From NCBI GenBank assembly GCA_964291215.2, contig OZ219790.1, forward strand, positions 1,952,001 through 2,016,000: DNA of 64,000 nucleotides, in the 5' to 3' direction. Position 1 is the first letter of the stretch; the number at the start of each line of letters is the position of its first letter. Below are positions 41,566 to 50,599 of the stretch, one piece after another. The stretch comes from Alphaproteobacteria bacterium (GTDB lineage: Bacteria; Pseudomonadota; Alphaproteobacteria; MPNO01; UBA830). A program made the position numbers and the translations under genes. A model generated the notes under the pieces. The model ran no database searches and had not been told where the DNA came from. It saw only the letters and a program-made list of their open reading frames with translations.

Positions 41566-42231
41566 TTGCCGCAGGATCTCGAAGGGCGGCCGGTCGCGCC
41601 GCCGCTCGACTGCGCGCTCTGTCCGCGCCTTGCCGGCTTCCGCGCCGAGAATTCCGCCGCGTTTCCTGACTGGCACAACGCGCCCGTCCCGTCGTTCGGC
41701 GAGCTCTCTGCCGCGCTCCTGATCGTCGGTCTCGCTCCCGGCCTTCGGGGCGCCAACCGGACCGGGCGCCCGTTCACCGGCGACCATGCCGGCGACCTCC
41801 TCTTTTCGACGCTCGCGAAGTTCGGTTTCCTCGACGGGCGCTATGATCGAAGACCAGACGACGGCGTGGCAGCCGTCAATTGCCGGATCGCGAATGCGGT
41901 GCGCTGCGTGCCGCCGAAGAACCGGCCGACCGGTGCCGAGGCACGCACCTGCCGGCCGTTTCTCGCGGGCGAGATCGAGGCCATGACGCGGTTAAGCGTG
42001 ATCCTCGCACTCGGGCGGACAGCGCACGACGCCACCCTGTCGGCGCTCGGCGAACGAAGAGCGGATTATCGCTTCGTCCACGGAGCCATGCACGGGCTCG
42101 GTGCCGGCCTCGTTCTGGCCGACAGCTATCATTGCTCGCGCTACAACACCAACACCGGCGTGCTCACGGTCGAGATGTTCGAGTCGGTGTTTCGCGCGAT
42201 CGTCCGCCATCTCGGCGGCGCGGAAGGATAG
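41566..42231 (+). CDS. Uracil-DNA glycosylase (family 5, UdgB-like)
   Basis: CALCPRL, GLAPGLRGANRTGRPFTGD, RCVPPKNRP and YHCSRYNTNTG. Start uncertain. Confidence 0.9.
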   Translation: MPQDLEGRPVAPPLDCALCPRLAGFRAENSAAFPDWHNAPVPSFGELSAALLIVGLAPGLRGANRTGRPFTGDHAGDLLFSTLAKFGFLDGRYDRRPDDGVAAVNCRIANAVRCVPPKNRPTGAEARTCRPFLAGEIEAMTRLSVILALGRTAHDATLSALGERRADYRFVHGAMHGLGAGLVLADSYHCSRYNTNTGVLTVEMFESVFRAIVRHLGGAEG

Positions 42232-42255
42232 GCAGCCGCCCGAACGGGCCGGCGC

Positions 42256-42729
42256 CTACCCCTTGTTCCGGAGCATGCGCGCTTTCTGGCGTTCCCAGTC
42301 CCGTTTCTTCTCGCTCTCGCGCTTGTCGTAGCGGTGCTTGCCGCGGCACACGCCGAGTTCGAGCTTTGCGATGCCGCGGTCATTGAAATAGAGGTTGAGC
42401 GGCACCAGCGTCATTCCTTGGCGGTCGGCGGCGCTGGCCAGTTTCGAGATCTCGCGCTTCTTCAGGAGGAGCTTGCGGCGGCGTTCGGGCTCATGGTTCA
42501 TGCGGCCTGCCTGGCGGTAGGCCGGGATGTGGGCGTTCACGAGCCAGATCTCGCCTTGCTCCGGCCTCGCATAAGCATCGGCAATATTGGCCCGGCCCTC
42601 GCGCAGGGCCTTGACCTCGCTTCCGGCGAGAACCAGCCCGGCCTCGATCAACTCCTCGACATGGTAGGCATGGCGCGCCTTGCGGTTGCGGGCGACGAAG
42701 TGCCGGGTCTCAGCGTCGGCTCGGGCCAT
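42256..42729 (-). CDS. smpB: SsrA-binding protein
   Basis: [21 protein letters not shown] and GKHRYDKRE. Confidence 0.96.
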   Translation of the reverse strand: MARADAETRHFVARNRKARHAYHVEELIEAGLVLAGSEVKALREGRANIADAYARPEQGEIWLVNAHIPAYRQAGRMNHEPERRRKLLLKKREISKLASAADRQGMTLVPLNLYFNDRGIAKLELGVCRGKHRYDKRESEKKRDWERQKARMLRNKG

Positions 42730-42739
42730 CAACGGGCCG

Positions 42740-43612
42740 TCAGTTCAGGAGCCCCGCGTGCCGCATCGCCTTCTCGACCCTGGCCCGGGACTCGGTGCTG
42801 ATAGACACTAGGGGCAACCGAAGCTCGTCGGCACACTTTCCGAGCAGGCTGGCGGCGTACTTGGCTGGCGCCGGGTTGGATTCGCAGAACAGCTCGACGT
42901 GAAGCGGCGTCAGGCGCTCGTTGATCTGCTGCGCCTGCCTGACATCGCCGGCCTGCCACGCGCAGTGCATTTCCGACATCAGCTTGGGCGCGACGTTCGC
43001 GGTGACCGAAATACACCCGTCGCCGCCCTGGGCGAGGAAGCCGATCTGCGTGACATCTTCCCCCGACAACTGGCAGAAATCCTCGCCGCAGGCCGTGCGC
43101 TGCTCAGTCGCGCGCCCGACCGCCGCCGTGGCGTCCTTCACGGCTATGACGTTTTCGAGCCGTGCGCAGCGGGCCATCGTTTCCACCGACATGTCGACCA
43201 CGGAACGGCCGGGGATGTTGTAGATGATCAGCGGCAGGCCGACCTGATTCAGGGCCTCGAAATGACGGTACAGCCCTTCCTGCGTCGGTTTGTTGTAGTA
43301 GGGGGTCACGATCAGCGCCGCGTCGGCGCCGGCATCCTTGGCGTGGCGCGTGAGGTCGAGCGCTTCGGCTGTGGAATTCGACCCGGCACCGGCGATCACC
43401 GGCACCCGCCGGTCGGCGACCTCGATGCAGAGTTCGACGACACGCTTGTGCTCCGCGTGGTCGAGAGTCGGCGACTCGCCGGTGGTGCCGACGGGCACGA
43501 GCCCGTGGGTCCCCTCGCTGATCTGCCAGTCGACGAAGGCGCTGTATGCGGCTTCGTCGATGTCGCCGCCGCGAAACGGGGTAATGAGCGCGCAGATGGA
43601 ACCGCTGAACAT
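42740..43612 (-). CDS. dapA: 4-hydroxy-tetrahydrodipicolinate synthase
   Basis: [27 protein letters not shown] and VKDAT. Confidence 0.96.
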   Translation of the reverse strand: MFSGSICALITPFRGGDIDEAAYSAFVDWQISEGTHGLVPVGTTGESPTLDHAEHKRVVELCIEVADRRVPVIAGAGSNSTAEALDLTRHAKDAGADAALIVTPYYNKPTQEGLYRHFEALNQVGLPLIIYNIPGRSVVDMSVETMARCARLENVIAVKDATAAVGRATEQRTACGEDFCQLSGEDVTQIGFLAQGGDGCISVTANVAPKLMSEMHCAWQAGDVRQAQQINERLTPLHVELFCESNPAPAKYAASLLGKCADELRLPLVSISTESRARVEKAMRHAGLLN

Positions 43613-43739
43613 CGCCGCCTCCCTGAAGATGCCTGATAACCGCGGGGAAACTTACAGCGGCGGTTGCCGGGGAGCAACAGCACTCCGCGATGCTGCGACC
43701 CCCGCGGCACCGGTCCTGCGCCTCCGCCGGGCCGCCGGC

Positions 43740-44245
43740 TCAGCGCAGGCGCCGCGCGAATTCCCGCGGCAGGTATTCCGGCCTGAAACCGTTCCAGCCG
43801 CGGTCGGGTGCAGCCTCGGCGTCCCTGATCCAGGCATTGAACACGACTTCGTTGCCGGAAGCGACCTCCTTCGGGACGATCGAGCCGATGCCCTGCGGCG
43901 GGAATTCGACACGGGCGCCTGCCGGGATGTGGCACAGCCCGGTGCAGGCCAGGAACCGGTTGCCCGACGGGGTCTCGCACCCGCCGCTCACGTAATGGGA
44001 GTAGGGCAGGTCCCGGCCCCGTACCGCCGGGTCTCGCGGGCGGTCATTCCGCGTTCGTCGATCAAACAGGCGACCCCGAACCGGCGATGCCACACGATCT
44101 CGCCCGCCCGGTCGATGGCGATGATCGCTTCCACGTCGCTGGTCTTGTTGATCGACCGCGTGTTGCGTCCGACCGTCAGCAGGACGACGATGTCGCGGCG
44201 GGCGGGGTCGATCTCGAGAATCTCGATTTCCGGCAGATCCGTCAT
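43740..44245 (-). pseudogene. Eroded remnant, possibly an aryl-sulfate sulfotransferase-like beta-propeller protein
   Basis: IIAIDRAGEIVWH in one frame and YSHYVSGGCETPSGNRFLACTG...EVVF in another. Far too short for an intact gene. Confidence 0.4.
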
Positions 44246-44331
44246 CGCCGTTCCAGCTCCCGCACGCCGCCGGCCCGGGCGCTATAATGGCCGGCGAAAA
44301 CGGATCGGCGCTTGAGCAAGGAGAGACGGAG

Positions 44332-45093
44332 ATGGCTGTCGAGGGCAACGGGGCGGGCGTTGCATTCATCACCGGCGGCGGCGGCGGAATCGGAAGTGCG
44401 ACAGCGCGGCTTCTGGCGTCGGACGGCATCGCGGTCGCGGTCGCCGATGTCAGCCCGGACCTTGCGGACGAGACCGCGGCGCGGATCGGCGCCGACGGCG
44501 GATGGGCGCTGGCGGTCCGGCTGGACGTCACCAACCGGGAGTCAGTCGCGCGGGCGGTCCGCACGGTCGGGGAGGAACTCGGTCCGGTCGACCGGCTTGT
44601 CAATGCTGCCGGAATCTTCGGCTGGGCGGCGATGGAGGACATCGACGACGACGCTTTCGAGGCCATGTTCCGTATCCATGTCTTCGGCATGCACGCCGTC
44701 TGCCGCGCGGTGGTGCCCGGCATGGCCGTCCGCGGCCGCGGCGCGGTCGTCAACATCGCGTCGATTCACGCCATTCGAGGACAGGCGAACGCCGTCCACT
44801 ATGCCTCCGCCAAGGGCGCGATCCTGTCTTACACCAAAGCGCTGGCACGCGAGAAGGCGCCCCATGGCGTCCGGGTCAACGCGGTTGCGCCCGGTCCCAT
44901 CGACACGCCGATGCTGCGCGGCGACATGGACGAGGCAGAACGGAGATTTGCCGAGCGCGTGAAGACCATCCCGGCCGGCCGGATCGGGACCCCAGGGGAG
45001 ATCGCCTCGGGAATAGCCTTCCTGCTGTCACCGTCCGCAAGCTATCTGACGGGCCATGTCATGACCATCGACGGCGGCGAAGTGATGAACTGA
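44332..45093 (+). CDS. Short-chain dehydrogenase/reductase
   Basis: ITGGGGGIG, VNAAG, YASAK and VNAVAPG; GGAG RBS before ATG at 44332. Confidence 0.92.
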   Translation: MAVEGNGAGVAFITGGGGGIGSATARLLASDGIAVAVADVSPDLADETAARIGADGGWALAVRLDVTNRESVARAVRTVGEELGPVDRLVNAAGIFGWAAMEDIDDDAFEAMFRIHVFGMHAVCRAVVPGMAVRGRGAVVNIASIHAIRGQANAVHYASAKGAILSYTKALAREKAPHGVRVNAVAPGPIDTPMLRGDMDEAERRFAERVKTIPAGRIGTPGEIASGIAFLLSPSASYLTGHVMTIDGGEVMN

Positions 45094-45104
45094 CCGCGGC
45101 GAGA

Positions 45105-45128
45105 GCGGCGTCGGGCGGCCGACGCCGC
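45105..45128. terminator. Hairpin between convergent SDR genes
   Basis: 10-bp stem GCGGCGTCGG / CCGACGCCGC. Confidence 0.45.
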
Positions 45129-45133
45129 CCGCA

Positions 45134-45901
45134 TCAATGCACGGTCTGGCCGCCGTCGACCACCATCGAGACGCCGTGAACGTAGGAAGCGGCGTCGGAG
45201 GCAAGGAAAGCGATTACGTCGGCGATCTCCCGGCAGTCGGCGAGACGGCCTAGCAGCGCCATGTCCTCGATCACAGTGCCGTCGACCAGCCCCGAGTCGA
45301 TATACCCCTTGACCCGCGGTGACAGCGTCGCCCCGGGGCAGACCGCGTTGACGCGGATGTCCTCCCTACCGTAATCGACCGCAAGCTGGCGCGTCAGCGA
45401 GAGCACGCCGCCTTTGGCGGCGCAGTAGACCGGCATCCCGGGGTGGCCGATGATGCCGAACGTCGACGCGACATTGACGATGGAGGCGGTGCCGGGGGCC
45501 GCCTTGAGGAGCGGCAGGAAGGCCCGGCACATGTAGTAGACGCTGGACAGGTCGATGGCGAGAATCCGCTGCCAGTCCTCCTCGCCGAGATCCTCGATCT
45601 TGCTGACGAAATTGGTTCCGGCGTTGTTGATCACTGCCTTGACGTGGCCGTGGCCGCCGGCGACCGCGGCGGCAAGCGCATCGACCTGCTGGCGGTCGGC
45701 AACGTCGGTGATGTGGCCCTCGCACGGCGCGCCGGCCGCGATGAGCATCTTCTCGGTACTGAGCACGTTTTCCGCCGTCCTGGAGGCGATGATGACATGG
45801 GCGCCGAGCTCGGCCAGAACCTCGCAGCAGGCCTGTCCGATTCCCTGGCCGCCGCCAGTGACGACCACCGGGGCGCCGCCGAAGCGCAGCCGGTCCAGCA
45901 T
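45134..45901 (-). CDS. Short-chain dehydrogenase/reductase
   Basis: VTGGGQGIG, INNAG, YCAAK and VNAVCPG. Confidence 0.92.
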   Translation of the reverse strand: MLDRLRFGGAPVVVTGGGQGIGQACCEVLAELGAHVIIASRTAENVLSTEKMLIAAGAPCEGHITDVADRQQVDALAAAVAGGHGHVKAVINNAGTNFVSKIEDLGEEDWQRILAIDLSSVYYMCRAFLPLLKAAPGTASIVNVASTFGIIGHPGMPVYCAAKGGVLSLTRQLAVDYGREDIRVNAVCPGATLSPRVKGYIDSGLVDGTVIEDMALLGRLADCREIADVIAFLASDAASYVHGVSMVVDGGQTVH

Positions 45902-45926
45902 TCCGGTTCTCCTTCCCTCGGACGGT

Positions 45927-47093
45927 TCAGGCGCCGGCGGGCGCCGGCTCGGTTCGCGTTTCCCGGGTGTCCTGCCCGGCGGTTATGCCGTAGAACCGCG
46001 CCGGGTTGTCGTAGAGGATCTTCCGGCGCTGGTCCGGGGCAATGTCGGTGCGTCCGCCGAGATCCTCGCCGGAGCCTTCCCTGGCTTCGAGGTGAGGCAT
46101 GTCTTCCGAGATCAGGATGTTGTCCTCGCCGAGATAGTCGATGACCTGAGGCAGCAGACGTTCGCCGGCCTCGCAGGTGGTATAGATCCTGTCCTTGTAG
46201 GATTCAGGGCTTTTCGACGTTATCGGTTCGAAGCCGAAGGATTTGCGGAAGAATTCGCCGACCGGATAGTAGTGATCCATGCGTTCGAGATACCACGGGA
46301 TCCAGCCTGCGCCGCCTTCGAGGAAGATGACGCGGAGACCGGGGTGGCGGTCGAGAATGCCGCCGCCGGCGAAGGAATAGAAACCGATCAGCAGCGGCAG
46401 CGTGAACGAGACGTTGAGCGACGACGAATGCTCGTCGCACAGGTCGCGAAGCGGGCCCGGCCAGCCGACATGCACGGCGATCGGCAGGCCGCACTCCGCG
46501 GCGGTGGCCCACACGCGCTCGTATCTCGGGTCGTGAAGCAGGGTGTTGTTGACGGTGCCGTAGCACATCAGGGCGACGGCACCGGCGTCCTTCGCGCGCC
46601 GTACTTCTGCCTCGGCGGCATCCGGATCCCGGAGCGGCAGGGACGCGGCCCACTTCAGGCGGTCGGGGGCCTCGGCGCAGCGCTCGCTGATCCATCTGTT
46701 GTAGCTGACCTCCAGGGCCGCCTGAAACTCGTCGTCATCGGTGAGGGGGACGAACAGCAGCGTGGGATAGATCACCTGCACGTCGACCCCGGCGCGGTCG
46801 AGATCCGCAAGCCGTGCGGGAACATCCATCAGCGACTGGTTGCCGATGGAGAATTCCTTCATGCCGGCATGCACCGAACCCAGCGGGCAGCCGATCTGGA
46901 CCGTGCCCGGTCCCCAGGTCCACTGGACCGCCTTTCCGTCGATCAGCCAGAAGGAGTTGTCGACGCCCATGTAGGGTGCGTCGCTTGGCGGTATCGTGAT
47001 CGGCAGCGGCCGTCGATGCATAAACTTCGCGGGCAGGTAGTCCCAGGTCTCCTCGACCTCGTACACGTGGGAATCGGCATCGATATAGGGCAT
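45927..47093 (-). CDS. Amidohydrolase-2 family metal-dependent hydrolase/decarboxylase
   Basis: IDADSHVYE, QVIYPT, YNRW, IAVHVG, FLEGGAGWIP and SEDMPH. Confidence 0.9.
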   Translation of the reverse strand: MPYIDADSHVYEVEETWDYLPAKFMHRRPLPITIPPSDAPYMGVDNSFWLIDGKAVQWTWGPGTVQIGCPLGSVHAGMKEFSIGNQSLMDVPARLADLDRAGVDVQVIYPTLLFVPLTDDDEFQAALEVSYNRWISERCAEAPDRLKWAASLPLRDPDAAEAEVRRAKDAGAVALMCYGTVNNTLLHDPRYERVWATAAECGLPIAVHVGWPGPLRDLCDEHSSSLNVSFTLPLLIGFYSFAGGGILDRHPGLRVIFLEGGAGWIPWYLERMDHYYPVGEFFRKSFGFEPITSKSPESYKDRIYTTCEAGERLLPQVIDYLGEDNILISEDMPHLEAREGSGEDLGGRTDIAPDQRRKILYDNPARFYGITAGQDTRETRTEPAPAGA

Positions 47094-47134
47094 GGTCTGT
47101 CGTCCCCCGTTTGCGGCCGGACGCGGCCGGTTGT

Positions 47135-48325
47135 TCACTCCGCCGCCAGGTCGGACATCTCGAACCCGCGATAGTTCCCTTCCGGTAGCGCCTGCAGGGA
47201 CGGCATCACCTCCGTTGCGAAGAGCCGAATGCTCTTCTCGGTGAGATCGGCCGGCAGGGTTCCGAAATGAGCCAGTGCGACGAAGGTGCCGAAGCCCAGG
47301 GCGGCATGGCATTCAATCAGCTTGCGGCGCACCGTGTCCGGGCTGCCGACGATGACGACACCGTTCTCCATCAGCCCTTCGATGGTCTGCTCCGACATGA
47401 TGCTGCGCTTGTGGGCGGCGACCCTCTTCCAGGACTGGAGGGTGAGGTAGCCCGGCGGGAAGAGCGTGTCGAAGGGCAGATGGAGAAACTTGTTGAACAA
47501 CGCCTCCATGTGGCTGCTGGCTTCCGCGACCGCGCGTTCGTCGCTCTCGGCGACATAGACGGGAGCGGTCCAGGCGATCTGCTCCGAAGCCGCCTCGTAT
47601 CCGTAACGCGTCCGGGCGACCTCGCGATACTGGTCGAGGAACCTGCAGACGTTGCGGAACGGGCTGTAGTTCTGGGCATAGACGTAGCGCCGGTCCGGAT
47701 GCGCCGCCCATTCTATGGTCTCGGTGGAGCCCAGCGACGGGCACCAGATCGGCGGGTGCGGATCCTGATAGGGCCGTGGCCAGACATTGACGTACTCGAA
47801 ATGATAGTGTCGGCCCTCGAAGGCGAAGGGGCCTTCCTCGGTCCACGCCCTGATGACCAGGTCATGCGCCTCCATGTGGCGCTCATGACTGAGCGTGGGG
47901 TTGGCCGCCATCGAGTAGAACTCGGCGCCGATGCCGCGCACGAAACCGGTGATCAGGCGGCCCGCGGTGATGCAGTCGATCATGGCGTGTTCTTCGGCAA
48001 GGGTCAGCGGATGTTCGCGGAGTGCGAACGCGTTGCCGAGAATGGCGATCCTGCAGTCCGCGGTGCGCCGCGCCAGCGACGAGGCCATGACCACGGGCGA
48101 CGGCATCAGCCCATAGGCGTTCTGGTGATGCTCGTTGACGGCAATGCCGTCGAATCCGAGCCCGGCCGCGAGTTCGAGTTCGTCGAGATAGCGGTTGTAG
48201 AGTTCATGTCCGATGCGCGGGTCGAACAGCCTGTTGGGGAGGGTCACCCAGGCCGAGGGATGCCGGTCCCGCTCTTCCATGTCCAGCGCCGCGTACGGCA
48301 TCAGGTGGAACATGAACAGCTTCAT
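47135..48325 (-). CDS. LLM-class flavin-dependent oxidoreductase
   Basis: GFDGIAVNEHH, PLTLAEEHAMID, WPRPYQDPHPPIW and VGSPDTV. Confidence 0.92.
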   Translation of the reverse strand: MKLFMFHLMPYAALDMEERDRHPSAWVTLPNRLFDPRIGHELYNRYLDELELAAGLGFDGIAVNEHHQNAYGLMPSPVVMASSLARRTADCRIAILGNAFALREHPLTLAEEHAMIDCITAGRLITGFVRGIGAEFYSMAANPTLSHERHMEAHDLVIRAWTEEGPFAFEGRHYHFEYVNVWPRPYQDPHPPIWCPSLGSTETIEWAAHPDRRYVYAQNYSPFRNVCRFLDQYREVARTRYGYEAASEQIAWTAPVYVAESDERAVAEASSHMEALFNKFLHLPFDTLFPPGYLTLQSWKRVAAHKRSIMSEQTIEGLMENGVVIVGSPDTVRRKLIECHAALGFGTFVALAHFGTLPADLTEKSIRLFATEVMPSLQALPEGNYRGFEMSDLAAE

Positions 48326-48326
48326 G

Positions 48327-49112
48327 TCAGGCGGCCTGTCTCCCGAGGAAGCCGGTCAGCGAATCGACGAACGGGCCGGGTTTCTCGATATGCGGCAGGT
48401 GGCCGGCGCGGTCGATGATCGTCACTTCGGCGCCCGGGATGATGCGGCTGAACTCGTCTGCATAGGAGATGTCGACGATGCGGTCTGTGTCGCCCCAGAT
48501 CACGTGGGTCGGGACCGTGATCCGGTGCAGCCACTTGCGAAGAGACGGGTTGAACAGCCGCGGCTGCCAGCCGAGGCGGGCGGTGGAGACCCGGTTGCGG
48601 AGCCGGATGTCGGTTTCTTCCTCGGTCAACTCCGCGTTGATGATCCCGTCCGCGAAACTCTGGTCGACGAACAACTCGCGGGCGAGATCGTCCGGGTCCA
48701 TGATGAAAATGTCGGCGATCGGCTTGCCCTTGATGCGGATCCCGGCCGCGCCGATCAGGGTCAGACTCCGGAGCCGGGTGGAGTTGCGCACGGCGATTTC
48801 CATCGCAAGCCAGCCGCCGAGCGAGTTGCCGACGAGATGAACGCCCTCAAGCAGCCGCTCCTCGAGGAAATCAAGATAGAACATCGCCAGATCGCCGATG
48901 TCGTCAAGCCATTCCGGCTCGTCCGACCGACCGTAAGTCGGGTGGTCGGGAACGTGGAGGTCGAAGGAGTCCGAAAGCGTGTCGAAGGCCGGTATCCAGC
49001 CCGGGACGCCGCTTGCCCCGTGCAGGAACAGCATCGGGTCGCCCGAGCCTCCACGGCGCAGGAAGATGTTGCATTTCCTGATTCCGACCATGCTCTCCGT
49101 GCATTCTGCCAT
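48327..49112 (-). CDS. Alpha/beta fold hydrolase
   Basis: FLHGASG, VGNSLGG (nucleophile elbow), WGDTD and AGHLPHIE. Confidence 0.92.
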   Translation of the reverse strand: MAECTESMVGIRKCNIFLRRGGSGDPMLFLHGASGVPGWIPAFDTLSDSFDLHVPDHPTYGRSDEPEWLDDIGDLAMFYLDFLEERLLEGVHLVGNSLGGWLAMEIAVRNSTRLRSLTLIGAAGIRIKGKPIADIFIMDPDDLARELFVDQSFADGIINAELTEEETDIRLRNRVSTARLGWQPRLFNPSLRKWLHRITVPTHVIWGDTDRIVDISYADEFSRIIPGAEVTIIDRAGHLPHIEKPGPFVDSLTGFLGRQAA

Positions 49113-49130
49113 GTTGCTCGCCGTCCTTAG

Positions 49131-49973
49131 TCAGGTTGTCGCATCGTTGTCGGACCCTGATCGCGCCTGATCGGCGCTGCCGAGGCCGGGCTTGTACTTC
49201 TTGTCGAGGAATTCGCCGATCCCCTCGTTGCGGAACGCGTCATCCTGACGCTGCGTGTGCCATGCCTGCATCGCTCCGGCATAGTTCATCGCTGAATCCC
49301 AGTCCATCGCGAGGGAATGGAAATAGGCCTCCTTGGTCGCCTGCAGCGCCGAGGCGTCCTTCGCCGCGATCTCGCGGGCCAGCGCCATGACGTTGTCGTG
49401 CAGTTCGTCGCGCGGCACCGCGTAGTTCACGAAACCCATCTCCGCGGCGCGCCGGCCGTCGAACGGCCGGCCGGTCAGGGCGTAGAGCTTGTAATCCCGG
49501 GGACGCAGGAGGTTGCCCATCGACTTCGATACGCTGCCGCCGGGGAACATCTTGAAGTTGATCTCGCTGAGCCCCATCTTTGCGTCCTCGGCGGCGACGG
49601 CGAGGTCGCAGGCCTCGACGATGGTGAAGGCGCCGCCGAAGCAGTGGCCGTTGACCATGGCGATGGTTGGCTTGGGAAAAAGGCGCAGTGTCCGTCCGCG
49701 CCATTCGATCGCGACCCGCGACGCGCGGTCGTAGGCAGCCGGATCGTCGCGGAGATCCATGAAGAACTCCTTGAGGTCCATGCCGGCGCAGAAGGATTTG
49801 CCGGCGCCGGTGAGCACGAGCACACGACAGCGCGGATCATTGCGCAGCCGTTCGAGCGCATCGGTCATCTCCTCGCCGAGAACCGGATTCATCGCGTTGC
49901 GCTTCTCGATCCGGTTGAGCGTGAGCGTCGCTACCCCGTCATCGAACTCGACCAACAACGTCGTGTAGTCCAT
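49131..49973 (-). CDS. Crotonase family, p-hydroxycinnamoyl/feruloyl-CoA hydratase-lyase-like
   Basis: LNRIEKRNAMNP, AGMDLKEFF, PKPTIAMVNGHCFGG, GLSEIN and C-terminal FLDKKYKPGL. Confidence 0.8.
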   Translation of the reverse strand: MDYTTLLVEFDDGVATLTLNRIEKRNAMNPVLGEEMTDALERLRNDPRCRVLVLTGAGKSFCAGMDLKEFFMDLRDDPAAYDRASRVAIEWRGRTLRLFPKPTIAMVNGHCFGGAFTIVEACDLAVAAEDAKMGLSEINFKMFPGGSVSKSMGNLLRPRDYKLYALTGRPFDGRRAAEMGFVNYAVPRDELHDNVMALAREIAAKDASALQATKEAYFHSLAMDWDSAMNYAGAMQAWHTQRQDDAFRNEGIGEFLDKKYKPGLGSADQARSGSDNDATT

Positions 49974-50072
49974 TGCCGCCCTCCCGCCGCGCGATCTGGC
50001 CCGAGAATGTCGTCCAAAGTGCAGGTTCGCCCGGTTGCAGTCAAGCTGGCGTGACGGAGAGCGCTCCTGCCG

Positions 50073-50265
50073 CATGGCGATCCCACGCTGCCAATCCGGC
50101 GACGACTGGCGAGATTTTTACAGTTTGCGTCGCGCTGCAATCTTGCCGCCAAGGCTCGATGGGACCTTCTCGGCACGAAAATTGCGATCAAGGAGGCGAT
50201 CTGTGATGACGCGAGCCCCAACGCATTCGGATTTCGCGTCTCCGAATTAGCATGGGATCGTCGTG
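50073..50265. mobile_element. MITE (about 190 bp), copy 2
   Basis: TIR CATGGCGATCCCACGCT / CACGACGATCCCATGCT (rc). Collinear with 8323-8514; no TSD visible. Confidence 0.8.
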
Positions 50266-50599
50266 CTCGATGGCGCTGCCCGCATTGTCGGTTTGCGCAA
50301 TTCGTGATAGCGTCCGTGAACACCATGAGGGGGGGCGCTGGCCCGCTATGTTGCATGCGTCGGTAGAAGCGGGCCGACGGCGCTACCCGGCCGGACAGTT
50401 CAGGATGCGGCGGGATTCGGAACCGGCCCTTCCGGACGCCGCGGAGCCCCTTGATTCGATGCCTGTCATGCTGCCGGGAAATCAATCGGGAACGGAGTGC
50501 CGGAATCGATCCCGCCTGCAGGGAGGTCGCGGGCTGGCGCGCCATCGCGGCCGGCCCCGATATGTCCGCGCATGTGGATCCGGTTCCTGACGTGGCACC

